Assembly: GCF_006345805.1 (NCBI RefSeq)
Contig: NC_043002.1
Span: 48,918,001 to 48,982,000 of the forward strand
Direction: 5' to 3'
DNA from: Octopus sinensis
Taxonomy: Eukaryota
Length of the DNA: 64,000 bases
Below, piece by piece: positions 22,896 through 36,639 of the stretch. A program made the translations under genes and the position numbers. Each line of letters opens with the position of its first letter. Position 1 is the stretch's first letter. The notes under the pieces are model-generated. The model was not told the DNA's origin. It made no database searches and worked only from the letters and a program-made list of their open reading frames with translations.

Positions 22896-23625
22896 TCCTT
22901 GTCAAGTCTTTCAAACCATTTACCTTTTCATTTCTGCTTCAATAGATGTGTATAAATGTGTGTATTCATATGTATTCATGTACATATGTACGTACAGTAT
23001 TTGAAATTGTGCTTTTATAAGTTTCATGCTTGCAATAGTATTATAGTAAGCAAAGCATGAAACTTATAGTACCTCAATCTTAAACCCTGTGTATATTAAA
23101 TGATATTTATCTGTTGCTGAATGGAGTACTTTTTACATTTTCGTTTGTTAATCCCACCAATTCATGGAAGAAAACACCATGCATGTATGTATGTATGTAT
23201 GTATGTATGTATGTATGTATGTATGTATGTATGTATATATGTATCTGGTGTTTTGAGAGAATATGCTCCACTGTGCCAATAGCAGCCCACTGGCAAATTC
23301 ATGAAGTATATATATTAATGGTAAATATATATAATATAATAGTAAATATATATATATATATAACTATATATATAAAATTATGATAAAATTTATATAAAAT
23401 TATGAAATTTATAAAATTTCTCTTCTCACACACACAAGCTCACAGCTATTAAATTTAATATATGCTAATTTAGCTATTTAGCTAATTAAAGTTTTAAGTC
23501 TGTTTTACATGAGTGTATGCATATCATATAATACATACAATAACATGTAAAATATATATTTAACTGTTGCAGTTAATTTGGGGATAAAAATTATATTTAA
23601 ATTGGATATGTTAATGAATTTCCAT

Positions 23626-23820
23626 AGGCACAGGAGTGGCTGTGTGGTTAGTAGCTTGCTTACCAACCACATGGTTCTGGGTTCAGTCTCACTGCGTGGC
23701 ACCTTGGGCAAGTGTCTTCTACTATAGCCTCGGGCTGACCAAATCCTTGTGAGTAATTTGGTAGATGGAAACTGAAAGAAACCTGTCGTATATATGTATA
23801 TATGTATATGTATATATGTC

Positions 23821-23854
<34 letters not shown>

Positions 23855-24058
23855 TATATGTTTGTGTGTCTGTGTTTGTCCCCCAACAACCGATGCTAGT
23901 GTGTTTATGTCCCCGTAACTTAGCGGTTCGGCAAAAGAGACCGATAGAATAAGTACTAGGCTTACAAAGAATAAGTCCTGGGATCGATTTGCTCAACTAA
24001 AGGCGGTGCTCCAACATGTTCGCAGTCAAATGACTGAAACAAGTAAGTAAAAGAGAGA
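23626..24058 (+). mobile_element. SINE family A, full length
   Basis: Complete head, internal TA/TG/GA tract and tail. Confidence 0.9.
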
Positions 24059-26338
24059 AAGATGTGTGGCACCAAAAAAAAAATGAAGACTAGGAAGAAA
24101 AGGAAACAAACAGGATGTATTGGGTTGCCACTCAGGAAAACTGAAAGAAGCCTTAAACATTTCGTGCTTACACTCTTCTAGAAAGCATAGGTGAGGAGAG
24201 AGAAAAATAAAGAGAAAAGATCAAGCATGTCTCACTGCATGATGTATATTATTAAAAACAATTAACATTAAACTATCTATTTCTGATGAAAATATGGCAA
24301 ATAAAATATCAATTTACTGCTAAATTTGCTATTGCATTGATCAAATTTGATTCCTAAGCATTCACAAGATAAAGGATTAAATCATGACATTAAGTCCATG
24401 GTATGAATGATGTGTGAAAATATCTCTTATTTGCATGTGTATTAAAACCATTATCTGTATGAATTGGTGCAATATGAGCATATTATTAGGTGCTTGAGTT
24501 GAGGTGCACTAAGAGATTATTTTCATGCTCATGTCAGCAAACAAGGCAGTTCAGCTGTAATGGAGCAGATTTTACCCGAGGGTGTGTTCCAGCCAAGGCA
24601 AAGCAAAAGAAAAATATAATATAAAAACAGAACATCTCTCTCTCTCTCTCTCTCTCTCCCTCTCTCTCTTCTCCTCTTTCTTTTCCCCCCTCTCTCTTTT
24701 CTTTCTCTTTGTCACACTTTTGGTCATTTATCAACAATGCAGAATGACCAAATGATGTTTTCAAGTGACTTCACTTAGCAATAGATGATATCTTCAAAAG
24801 ATTACACAAAAATGACTTTTAGTAAAGCTTGACCACAACAATTAATCTAAGTTTAAGTGACATAAGAGATAAAATTATTCTAGACAGATGAATAAGATTT
24901 CAATTGGTGAGGTCTCCAAGACAATATAAAAGACAGTAATATCATCATCCTCAACCTCATCCTCATCATCATCCTCATCATTATCCTCATCATTATCCTC
25001 CTCCTCATCATCATTATCGTCGTCATCGTCATCATCTTTGTCGTCGTCATCATCATTATTTTAATGTCTACTTTTCAATGCTTGCATAAGTCAGGCAGAA
25101 TTTGTCGAGCTGGATGCCCTTTCTGTTGTCAACCCTCACTTGTTTCCAAGGAAGGTAATATTTCTCCATGGCCAGACATATTTCCTTGGGAGACTGGAAA
25201 TAAAGGACACTGCTTGTACGATAGTGACTCACATCTGTCAAGCAAAGTCAAAAGAAGAAGACGGTAACACTCATACATAAATGCATGCGCGTGGACAAAC
25301 ATTTTTGTTACTGTCCTCAATGTTCACTCACTATTTCCAGCAGTTTTTCACTGCTGATGCCACCAAGGGATCAGCATGTCCATATCTTGTGTCTGTATTT
25401 TGCATTCATTCCTTTGCTGTGCTTCTGTTTAAGTTACACACACACACACAATGAACTTCTTTCAGTTCCTACCTAATATATCCACTCACAAAGTTTTGGT
25501 TGAACATGTGCTTACAGTAGAAGTTCCTTCACCAAGGTGCCATACAGGGAGATTTAAACTGAAATCACAAGATTGAGAAGCAAACTTTTGATCAGCCAGC
25601 CAGCCATACCTGTGCCTATTATAGTTCTGTATAAAGTAAAAGAACATTAGATTGCAATTGGGCCATCTTGTACTTTTAACTTTTGGTTTTAATAACTAAA
25701 GGGTCTTGAAATATCTTTGAGAATACTTTAAGCGATTTAAACTTGTGTTAAACTTTTAAAGAAATAATCTCATTTACTAGTTAACAATAATAAACATTAT
25801 CCACATTTAAGTACATAACTTCTTTTCTCTACTGTCTGCATAGATTTACAGGTACAGGTGTAACCACACTTAAGGGTAGGACACAGTTGCTTTATTGATC
25901 TCATTTTACAATAAACTTCTTAAATGATAACAAATAAATGGACGTGTTTCTCCTTTTTTTCCATGTTGGTGTCAAGTTCTAAACATTAAAAAAAATAGAG
26001 ACTTACACTTTGGTTTTGTAATGATCAGAAAAATGAAATTGGGGGCCACTAACTTATTGAAATTAGCTGAAACCTTTCTGCTATATTTTTGAGCAGGACA
26101 TTTAATTCTATTTTTCTTATCTGTGTACATAGACTTGATGTTATGAGTGTTCCTATTTTTAACTACTCATTACACTTTTGCATTTATCATATTGGAAGTT
26201 ATTAATTTTTTTTTTTTTACACAGTTAGGCCTTATTTATCAGAACAGGTTGGACAAGGAGTGTTTCGGTGTTTTGTTCAGATAACTGATTGTTAATTAAC
26301 ATATCTGATTGTAAAATGAGGAAGCTATACTAGACTTC

Positions 26339-26372
<34 letters not shown>

Positions 26373-26376
<4 letters not shown>

Positions 26377-27203
26377 CAAAACGCTCCCCGTCCAATGGAT
26401 GGTGCTGAGTCGTCAAACATTTAAACCAAATTTTCTCAAAACAACTTGTTTGACAGTCCCATAGTCCTCCCCTTTGAGAAACACTGATTCAACCTAAATT
26501 TGAGACACCAGCAAAAGAAGAAATAAAGATAGATTTTTTTTTCTTTTCCAAAGAAAAACGATTTTATTCACATAAATATGCAACTGAAGAGTTTAAAGTA
26601 CCAGTAATGATAAGGCTGTTGACTGGGAGAACACAATCATGGTTTAAACAGTAAGCTTGGCAGGAAAGAAACGTGCCTTTAAGCAGTACAAAAACAACAA
26701 AAAATGGAAGGTGCAGTTATGTACAGGTTGACGGAAGAAAAGCAGGACAAAAACGATGCATGCAAATGGGTTAGCTGGAGGTAAATCTAGATGGAAAAGC
26801 ATGATGAATTTATGAGAACGTACCTGGGACAATAATAAGTTTATCCGATAAAACATGTAGGAAATCAACTTGGGGCGATTTTTGATGAAAAGCAACAACC
26901 TAGGGAACTAAGTAACTAATTTTAAGCTAACTTACTTTATGAGCAAGCCAGCCAGCTTTTTTTGTGCAAACTGCACGTGCGTAGTATCAATCACAACAGC
27001 TGAAGTACTTGCGTACAAATGCACGTTCCCACGGCTTTATCGATCGCATTCTCACCTGGAATCATTTTTTGTAATTTTCTCAAGACTTATACACACCCTG
27101 ATACTGTCGGTAGCTACATATCAAATTTGAGTGCAATCGGATGGAGGATGCCCGAGATCCTAGAAGACACACACACACAGGCAGAACGATTTTATATAAT
27201 AGA
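26373..27203 (-). mobile_element. Non-autonomous Helitron-like element
   Basis: Minus strand begins A|TCTATTATATAAAA followed by a TG tract and ATCCGATTGCACTCAAATTT; subterminal hairpin CCGTCC-AAT-GGATGG 15 nt from the 3' end CTCA|T; inserted in (TA)n. Confidence 0.65.
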
Positions 27204-27732
27204 TATAATATATATATGTATCTATGTATAAAAGTATGTTTATGAAGTTTTTATGTGTTCTACAATGTTGTACTCTTATGAAATGGTTGAGACCATTTTA
27301 CCACTATTGAAATACTGTTTTATCACTGGTATTTCTTTTTCTTCACAGACAATGATATCAACAACAAACTGAGTTACTTTTGACTGACCTGTACTTGGAG
27401 CTCAGTCATTGAGTGATAAAGTCACCACCGATTTTTCTATGCTTATAAATCCTTCAGTATGTCGGGTATTTTTATGTATTAAAATTATTTTAAAAAAGAA
27501 AATATTTAAGAAGTATGTTTTTTACTCTTTGATGAGAATTTCTCCACTTAATTTAGTTTAACCTAGAAGAAATTGTTTCCCCATAATGTTTAATGGTAAA
27601 TTCAGCAAGAGGACATCATTTGTTATTTTAATACTGTTTAGAGTGACTTACTGAGACCAAACTAGAGGACTGACTGTCACGTAGTACTTTTGATAATTGT
27701 AAATTAAAGATATGATCATGATACCACCGATA

Positions 27733-27928
27733 CCGTATTTTCTTATTTTTTGGCTTAAAAGTTAACTGTAGTGTAAACATTCAAACATCATCACTCTCTT
27801 TCCAAACCCTGCAGCATTTTACATTGAATTTTTAGTCCTCCAAAATTGTCTTGGAGTATAAGTTGACCTATTTCTTTTGGTTGTAAATTTGGGTTTGAAA
27901 AATTCAACCTATATGCCAGAAAATAAGG
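27733..27928. mobile_element. TcMar-Tc2 (Kanga-like) MITE
   Basis: TA|CCGTATTTTC ... GAAAATAAGG|TA termini. Confidence 0.55.
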
Positions 27929-28364
27929 TAATAACCCCCTTTCTTGATGTAACATTTCTATATGATCTTCAGTAATTTGATATCGATCTTAATGCTTGCA
28001 AACAAAAGATGAAAGGGTACCACCATTGTTATTATCAAGATCAGGTTACACACAGTGTGGCTTATTAGTTATTCTTATTGAATAACAGATGTTCAGATAT
28101 CGGTTTGACTATACTTAGTTTAGTCAAAAGAGTTTAGTTCAAGTTTCCTGAACTGGGCGATGACTCCGATATTCAGTATCTAAATTGATTAATTCAACTA
28201 GGAAGTCAGAGATTAAATTGACTAGTTTAACAAAAGTATATCAGAAACTTTTCAGGTCTTCGTTGTCTTAGGATCACTAACCACTGTCTCTTCTGTTCCC
28301 CCTCAGTTATAGGGGGTCACTTTAGAGCCTTAACCTTGCAAGTTACAAATCAATCATCACTAGT

Positions 28365-28620
28365 GGTGTGCTTGTGCCACAAAGCAAAACAAAAGAGCAA
28401 ACAAACAGTGTACTCAGTAAAGTGGTTGGTATTTAGAAGAGCATAGAAACCATAGAAACCGTGCTCAAAATGGATATTGGTGCATGATACAGTCCTTTGA
28501 CTTATCAAACCCTGTCAAACCATCCAGCCCATGTCAGCATGGAAGCTGGGAATTAGAAGATGATGGTCATGATGATGATGATAACGATGACAACAACAAC
28601 TATGATGATGATGATGGTTA
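28365..28620 (+). mobile_element. RTE-tail repeat (family D)
   Basis: AAAGTGGTTGGTATT..GTCAAACCATCCAGCCCATGTCAGCATGGAA..(TGA)n. Confidence 0.65.
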
Positions 28621-29168
28621 CAAGATTGTATTGGCTAGTTGAGTATGTTTGAGATGTGATGGCATGGTTTGTGGGGAAAGTGAGAAACAATCCTTCATGT
28701 ATTTGTGACTGCTGGTTAAACACTTGCAATGTTCAGGAAAGATCTTGTTCCTAACTGAATCCATAGTAAGGATTTTTATATAAAAATTATGATCCATATA
28801 TTGTATATCTATTTTTCAGTTAATTCAAATTCTTTTTATTCTTCTTTCGTCTGTTACAATTTTCTTACTCCTTTCCATATGGCAAATACAGAAAGTCTTA
28901 TCATTATTAGTAGAAGAAATGGTAGAATGCTGCTGAATTAAATACTTTGCTGTTTATATATGTTTATAACCAATTTTTTTTTTCTCATTTTGATTTCAGT
29001 TCCTGTTGAACAGTGACTTTGGCTTTTATCTATTTTTAGGGCTGATAAAAATAAATAAGAGACAGTTCTCTCAAATATACCTTATTCTTAAAAATTTAGT
29101 TCATGTGCTAATGTGAGAAATCATGTTCTTCCTCATTGTCATCAATATCCTCATCCCCATCACCATCG

Positions 29169-29201
<33 letters not shown>

Positions 29202-30904
29202 CTTTTATTATTATTGAAAGGTACAAGGGCCAAACAGATAATACTCAACACTTAACTTCTAAACTCTGAGATTGTACAAGTGAATCTATTCTTCTTCCAT
29301 TTCCCTTCTTAAGATACAGTTCTACTAGCTGAAGGCATTATTGCATCCATTTAACACCTATTTAACAATTTCACCTTTTTTTTTCTTTCCTTTTCGTCAT
29401 CATCATTACTAGTGTTGCAATTGTTGTTGTTCATAATAACAGAAGTCAATAGTAATAGTCAGTGGTGGTCATTATAATATCTCCTTAATCCTGATTCAAT
29501 TAATTTTTCATTCCGGTGGCAATAACATAGTGTGTAGAGGTAAATTCCCAATGTGCTGAATTCGTGACCTGGGTTTATTCCCTGGATGCAATCAATTCAA
29601 TTCACTTATGCTAATATTAATTCAGTATGCTAATGTTCTAGGGAAAGCCATGAATGTAACAACATGACATTTTCCATTTTCTAACAGTTTCAAGTCTGGT
29701 ACTTGTGTAAGAAATGAATATGAAATTATATTTTTGATATGTTATTCATGTTTTTTTCCAGACATTATTCCATATCTTTTCATGTCTTTTTTCCTATGTT
29801 TTCTAAAGGAATTACTGAATTTAAATTTGTTCAGATTTTTTTTTCCCCTAGTTTTTAACAAAACCACAGACTGCAATGTCAATGTATCTATGAATATACA
29901 AAAAAGGTGAAATAGACTTGGGCAAACCGGTAGAAAAATACCTCACGTATATCTAAAGTGTCTAACTTGCAATTTCTCTTACTCTCACTAATCCACTAAT
30001 CCGATAAGCTTTAAACAACAGTCAAAACAAACAAATAAATTTGTAAAGTAATTGCTTCTCTCCTGAAATAGCGCTGTTTAGGCTCATGCCAATATCTCAG
30101 AACATATTTGGAATGCCTGACGTGTTGTTGACATTCATTTTGTTGACACCTGTGGACATGTTATTTTTGAAGTTCATTTTAAGTGCTGTAAAACAAACAA
30201 TTTTTTTACATGTCTATGTTTTAAAGATGAGTTATTACTAGAATAATTTAGGTCTTTCAAACTATCAGTGTCATCCAAATGACTGTTACACTGTAAATAA
30301 GGATATTGAAACCCTACTTTATGAATAAAGATTCGTAGATTTAGTCCAAATAGAGGATGGGAATATATGTTGTTGTTGTTGTTGCTGCTGCTGCTGTTGT
30401 TGTTCTTCTTACTGTTCTCATTTGTTTATTTTCAGGTTAGCTCTAATTGTACGGACTTATGATCAAAACATTCCAGCCATCACCATTTGAGGGATAGTGT
30501 ATCTAAGACTACATTATCTAGTGTGTCCTTTCTTTTAAAGTGATAGTGTGTGTGTTATGAGCACAATTTTGGTTGCTGCTTCTAGTTAGGCCACTGACCA
30601 TGTAGTGAGTTCCTTATTGATTTATATGAATTGTATGGAGATGATGCATATATGTAAAGTAAGTATGACATTAACACTACAGAAAATTTAAGCTGCTTTT
30701 TTTTATTAAAATTTATTGGCAACACCAGTCTTATTGGCACCCCAGACTTGGGGCAGCATAGATTTGTAAAAATTATAACTTAAAATTGAATATAAGACCT
30801 CATCATTGTAAAATAAACTTCTTACCATCAAGCCATACCTGTGTGTATATGTACATACACACACACACACATATATAAAGATAGATAGATAGATAGATAG
30901 ATAT

Positions 30905-31112
30905 AGTAATAACCCTTTCTACTATGGAATTTTAGGGAAGGGAGCTAGTCAATTATATCATTCTCATTGCTTGGCTGGTACTTATTTCATCAAACTTGAA
31001 AGAATGGAAAGCAAAGTTGACAGCAGAATTTGATCTCACAACATAAAGATGGACACAATGCTGCTAGGCATTGGTCTGGCATGCTAATGGTTCTGCCAGC
31101 TCACTACCTTAA
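30905..31112 (-). mobile_element. SINE family B
   Basis: AATAACCCTTTCTACTAT..GGTACTTATTTCATC..CTGCCAGCTCACTACCTT. Confidence 0.75.
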
Positions 31113-31137
31113 TATATATGTGTGTGTGTGAGTGTGT

Positions 31138-31772
31138 GTGTGGCTGTGTGGTAGGAAGCTTGTTTCCCAACTATATAGTGATGGGTTCAGTCCCACTGTG
31201 TGACACCTTGGACAAGTGTCTTCTACTATAGCCTCAGACTGACCAAAGCCTTGTGAGTGGATTTGCCAGCGGTGAGCTAGCAGAAATTTTAGCATGCCGG
31301 GCGAAATGCTTAGCGGTATTTCGTCTGCCTTTATATTCTCAGTTCAAATTCTGCTGAGGTTGACTTTGCCTTTCATCCTTTCAGGGGTCAATAAATTAAG
31401 TACCAGTTACACACTGGGGGTGATGTAATCGATATAATCCGTTTGTAGTCCTTGTTTGCCCCATCTATGTTTAGCCCCTTGTGGGCAATAAAGAAATAAG
31501 AAACTGAAAGAAGCCCGTTGTATATATACATACATATATATATATATATATATTTATATATGTATTTGTATGTCTGTGTTTGTCCATCCACAATCACTTG
31601 ACAACTGGTGTTAGTGTGTATACTTTCCCATAACTTAGTGGTTCAGTAAAAGAGACCGATAGAATAAGTAGTAGGCTTACAAACAATTAAAAGTCCTGCA
31701 GTTGATTTGTTTGACTAAAGGCAGTACTCCATCATGGCTACTGTCAAATGACTGAAACAAGTAAAAGAACAT
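31138..31772 (+). mobile_element. SINE family A with nested SINE family B (31268-31500)
   Basis: A head stops at GTGGATTTG; a B copy with intact CpGs follows; A resumes at AACTGAAAGAAGCCCG. Confidence 0.85.
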
Positions 31773-32339
31773 ATTTATATATATACACACACACATAGTA
31801 ATAATTAACTCAGAAAATGTAATAGAGATTTTTAAGCTTCATATAACATATGCAAAACAATATTTAATATGTTTTGCTGGTGATGCCCAAAAATTGAGTA
31901 TAGTGTAATTGTAGAGTGTAATAGAGGAAATTGGCTTGCGTAATGACAACACTCAAATCTTTAGAAACATGTGTTATGTTTTCTGTGTTTATTATTACTA
32001 TAGCACGACTCAAATCCTGCACATTATCTTATCCAGAGATATGATGATTATAGCCAAACTATCTAGCCAAGCCTAAAAGTTTTGATAATGTGTCACACTT
32101 CCTTGTAGTTTTTTTCTTTTATATCACACACATGTGCAAACACAAATATATTTGTGTGTGTGTGTGTGTGTGTAAATCTAAATATATAATTATATATATG
32201 CATGTATGTTTGAATATGTGTTTGTGTGTCTGTGTATGCATATGTATGGATATTTAAATATATATATATATATGCACTGTTCTGTTATTGGTAAAAGCAA
32301 TAAAAATAGCGCCCATCTAATGAGAGATAAATATAAAAT

Positions 32340-33085
32340 CTTATAACTAATATTAGTAACAAGACGTCTAATTGTTCCTGCCCTAAGGATATTTTCAATA
32401 AGGCAATCCCCTACTATGCCCTGGCTAACAGTGGTTTCAAAGAGAAAATGGGTTACATCCCTACTATAAAAAGCATTAAGCCTAAAAATAGCTCTAGGAA
32501 GATTATATGGTTTGGCTACCACCTTTTACTTTGAATGCTAAGAAAATACCTTGCCTTAATAGATAAGCCTTTCCTAGATAGCCATAGGTATAATAAAATT
32601 TTTAATAGACGTTCAGTGAAAGCTTCTTCCAAATGTTCCAACATGAAAAACATTATTACACATAAGTCACACCAGAAGACTACACCAAAATGTAACTGTA
32701 GAGACCCAGACACTTGCCCTCTTGACCAGGCATGCATAGTTAGCTCAGTGATTTATGAAGTTGAGTTCACATGAGTTTTATAAAGTAGCAAAGCTAAAAA
32801 AAAATAGCGTATTGGTTTATATGAAAGTAACTTTAATAAAAATAAAAAGTCTTAACACCATTCTTCTTTCTAGTATGTAGACAGGAAGAAAACCACTAAG
32901 TAAACAAGATATATCTAGGACGTGAAGGCCAAGAAAATCCCTCGTACCATTGAGTGGAGCATTGCAGAACAGTCCATGCCATATGTTAATAGATTAAGGA
33001 GGTGCAGGGTTTGTATAGTTGAATGAAATATCTTTTCAATTCTAAGAACTCCACTGACCTACTGAATTCTAGAGCTGAATTAATT
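32340..33085 (+). mobile_element. Penelope-like element, decayed RT C-terminus and GIY-YIG endonuclease region
   Basis: IFNKAIPYY..ALANSGF, RKIIWFGYPPFTLN, LIDKPF..NKIFNRRSVK, CNCRDPDTCPLDQACIVSSVIY, IGLYESNF, IEWSI..CRVC: the typical PLE arrangement. Confidence 0.85.
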
Positions 33086-33335
33086 TGAGGTAGATTTTCT
33101 ATGGCCAGACATGTTCTTGCAGAATATATGAAATGAATGACACTGATTGTAGAACAGTGACATCATTTACAATTATCATGCAATGTCAAGATCTAGAACT
33201 ATGTAGTTGGGAAACAAAATCCCTACCACATACCCATACACACACACACGCACATGTATATGTATGTATGTGTTTGTATGTATTTATAGATATGCATATG
33301 TATATGTATATATGTGGATGGATCAAAACAGTTTG

Positions 33336-33402
33336 ATTCAAATTCATTGGTACTCTTGAGTTTCAGGCTTTATGCTAGTCATCAGCCATTTTGAATTTGA
33401 AT
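33336..33402 (-). ncRNA. Type I hammerhead ribozyme motif (left arm)
   Basis: AUUCAAAUUC AAAA UGG CUGAUGA CUAGC AUAAA GCCU GAAA CUC AA GAG UA/ CCA AU GAAUUUGAAU; core intact, stem I 3+10 bp, stem II weak. Confidence 0.55.
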
Positions 33403-33947
33403 GATAGAAGTTGATTGCTATTACCATAAGGTGGGCTGCAATTGGTCGAGGAGGATCACTTGGTGTCGTGGTTTGATGTTGGTATATGGGTAACTGTCAG
33501 TTGGAAATACTGCATGGTGAATGGGATATTGACCATGTGGAGGATAGGAAATAGACCATGCAGTGATTAGGAAATCAGTCAAGTTGTTGGAGGTGAAGTG
33601 GAAAAGGGTGACATATGCAAGTATATAGTTTTATTTAGTTATATGAGTGTGCAGATGTCCTTATATAGTTTTGCATGCATGTGTGTATTAATACGAGCAT
33701 GCACATCTGTACATATAGAACTATACACTTGCACATGCTGCCTCTTCCTACTTCCCCACAACAACCTGACTGATTTTTCTAATTGCCATGTGGTCTATTT
33801 CCTGTCCTCCACATGGTCAATTTCCCATTCACCATACAGTATTTTCCGACTAACTGTTATCTATATACCATCATCAAACCTCGACACCGTGTGACCTTCC
33901 TTGAACAATCTCAGTCCATCTTACAGTAATAACAATCAACATCTGTC

Positions 33948-34014
33948 GTTCAAATTCAAAATGGCTGATGACTAGCATCACGCTTGAAACTCAAGAGTAC
34001 CAACGAATTTCAAT
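33948..34014 (+). ncRNA. Type I hammerhead ribozyme motif (right arm)
   Basis: AAAUUC AAAA UGG CUGAUGA(33965-33971) CUAGC AUCAC GCUU GAAA(33986-33989) CUC AA GAG UA/ CCA AC GAAUUU; stem II AGC/GCU lacks the usual G10.1-C11.1 pair. Confidence 0.6.
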
Positions 34015-34093
34015 TAAATTGTTTGATCCACACATGTAACTCCTAATAAATTTGTTGAGTGTCCTACTTTCATTTGTCCACTCACTCATATAT

Positions 34094-34166
<73 letters not shown>

Positions 34167-34297
34167 GATATAGATAGATAGATAGATAGATAGATTGATA
34201 TACACAGAAACATGCATACATATATATTGTCAGTACATATGTGTGTGTGTGTCTGTGTGTCTGTGTATATATATATATATATATTCTTATTTTCTTT

Positions 34298-34682
34298 TAT
34301 TTGTTTCAGTCATTTGACTGCAGCTGTGCTGGGGTACCACCTTGAAGGGTTTTAGTTGAGCAAACTGACTCTAGGATTTATTTTTTTAAAGCCTAGTACT
34401 TATTCTATCAATCTCTTTTGCTGAACTGCTAAGTTACAGAGATGTAAACACACTACCATGAGTTGTCAAGTGCTGGGTGGGGATGAACACAGATACAGAG
34501 ACATGTGCTCATAGATACACACACACACACATGCATATATACGACAGGCTTCTTTCAGATTCCATCTACAAAATTCACTCGCGAGGCTTTGGTTGGCCTG
34601 AGGCTATAGTAGAAAACACTTCATGAAGGTGCCATGCAGTGGGAATGAACCTGGAACCATGTGGTTGAGAAGAAAGCTTCTT
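34298..34682 (-). mobile_element. SINE family A
   Basis: Tail TTGTTTCAGTCATTTGACTGC through head AGAAAGCTTCTT. Confidence 0.85.
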
Positions 34683-34864
34683 ATATATATATATATATAT
34701 TATATATATATATCACAATTGGCTCTGTTGACCAAATTCTTTGACTCATATTCTGTTAGTTACTCTGAGGTTATTGAAGAATATACCTGCCCAAAATACT
34801 GCACAGTGGGATCAAACCTGGAACCACATGGCTGTCATAAAATTCTGTTAACACATAACCATAC

Positions 34865-34903
<39 letters not shown>

Positions 34904-35667
34904 CACACACAGAAGCACATAAATCATACCTTACACCTCTTTTGCTGTCACTCTAGTTCTCTGTGCAGCATACACCTATAACTATATGCAGATGTATATA
35001 TACTACTGTCTTTTGTGATGGATGCAAACCCTCTTTCCCTTTTCTTTCTCCTTCCTTATTTCTTCCTTCCTTTGCTTTCTCATTTACACACACAGTCCCT
35101 CTCTCTCTCTCTCTTTCTATACTTTACTGTCAAAGAGTTATGTACTTTCCCCAGCAACCAGATAAATTGTACATATAAAAAATCCAAAACATAGACGGAG
35201 GACCATAAATAAAACAAAAAGATAGCTATGCAAAAAGTATTAATTTGTTCTGTAAGTATGTCCACCCTCCCCATCACTTTTTTTCTCACATACTATAATT
35301 TACTATAGATATAAACATTATCATGATCACCATGACTAAAGGTACGCCTGGCAAAGTTATTGATACATCTCTTTCTCCCTGTTCTTTTTCCCCTGGCATT
35401 ATCTGTCCTTGTGCATGAAGGCATATGTATGCCATGTGCCTGCATGTGTATGACCATCAATTTGTCTGTCCATATGTCTGTCTGTCTATCTATTTTTCTA
35501 CGTGTGTGTGTGTGTGTGTGAAATAACAACTGAGCATTTATTGTTGGTGTGATTCTACACTGATAGCAGAGTCAATTTTAGTGTGAAGATCAAAGATCAA
35601 GTTGATTGCAACTTTGCTTTGTGTGTATATATGATTGTGTGTGTGTGTGTGCATGTGTGTGTGTGTA

Positions 35668-36000
35668 TCGTCATCATCATTTAATGTCTATTTTCTATGC
35701 TGTCATGGGTTGTATTGTTTGAGTGGAACCAACAAGCTGCAGTACTGCATCAAGCTCCAGTTTTGGTTTTGGCATGATTTCTATGACTGAATATCATTCA
35801 TAATACCAACCACTTTGCTATGTCTACAATTTGCTTTCTTTGTGGCACTTGCACCTGTGAGGGTCACCAAGTACCTTGGGGACTAAGTGGGAATGTATTT
35901 AAAAGAAGGGGAAGTGACTTTATGCAAGGTGTTGATATGCTAAAGTTTGACAGAGGGATAAGCACAGGTGTCTTGCTAAAGAGAAAATACACGGCTACCA
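35668..36000 (-). mobile_element. RTE-tail repeat (family D), degenerate
   Basis: (CAT)n TTTAATGTC..TTTGGCATGATTTCT..GGGTCACCAAGTA. Confidence 0.55.
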
Positions 36001-36064
36001 GGTATTATATCAGTGAGTAGCTGGAATATATATATATATATACATATATATAAAATATAATATA

Positions 36065-36550
36065 GCTCCGGGAGCTGCTGTCTTTGAAGACTCACATTGT
36101 TGTTTGAATGCTCAAAATGAGGAGTTGATAGACAGCCAACAATTGATGAAGGGTCCTTTTTCTGTGTTAACTCGTCCTGTTTTCCATTTTTCTCTCATTG
36201 TTTATGTATTTCACTCATTTTCCCCCATTTGTTTAAGTTTTTCACTTGTTTTTGTCCTGTAATTACTGTCCACGTCTTGTATCTATCTCTCATGTGTATG
36301 TTATTTGCACCATTGGTAATGTCCTGTACCCATATATGCATGTGTATATATAATGTGACCTCATGTGTCCCGTTGGCGATTTTTTTCCTCTGTCTTCCCT
36401 TCTCTGGATCTTTCCTTCTCCTATTTTTCCAACGAAGAGCTCTGCTCGAAATGTTAAACCCTCCTTCTTTCCTGAGCGTCCAATAATACTCTATTTGTTC
36501 CACGTCCTCGCGTTGTTGTGTTTTTTTGGGGCTTTCTTGTTTGGATTAAC
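36065..36550 (+). mobile_element. Penelope-type terminal repeat pieces between TA tracts, with a decayed hammerhead-like motif at 36424-36458
   Basis: CCAACGA A GAGC UCU GCUC GAAA UGU UA: stem II and GAAA present but the core is mutated; 36085-36340 is homologous to 21365-21600. Confidence 0.5.
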
Positions 36551-36595
36551 TATATATATATATATATATATATCATCATCATCATCATCATCATT

Positions 36596-36627
<32 letters not shown>

Positions 36628-36639
36628 ATATATATAAAG

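Larger units (their letters stand above)
33319..34030. repeat. ~710 bp palindrome of a Penelope-type terminal repeat, centred on GTATT|AATAC (33689/33690)
   Basis: Arms about 80% identical, flanked by TA/TG and CA microsatellites. Confidence 0.9.

Noticed and set aside
27349-27460. Strong plus-strand acceptor TTTCTTTTTCTTCACAG
   Set aside because: Stops in all frames within 12 codons; could only be a terminal or non-coding exon, with no supporting evidence
29852-29906. 55-nt open exon candidate (FNKTTDCNVNVSMNIQK)
   Set aside because: Mediocre donor GTGAAA, no homology and no phase-compatible neighbour
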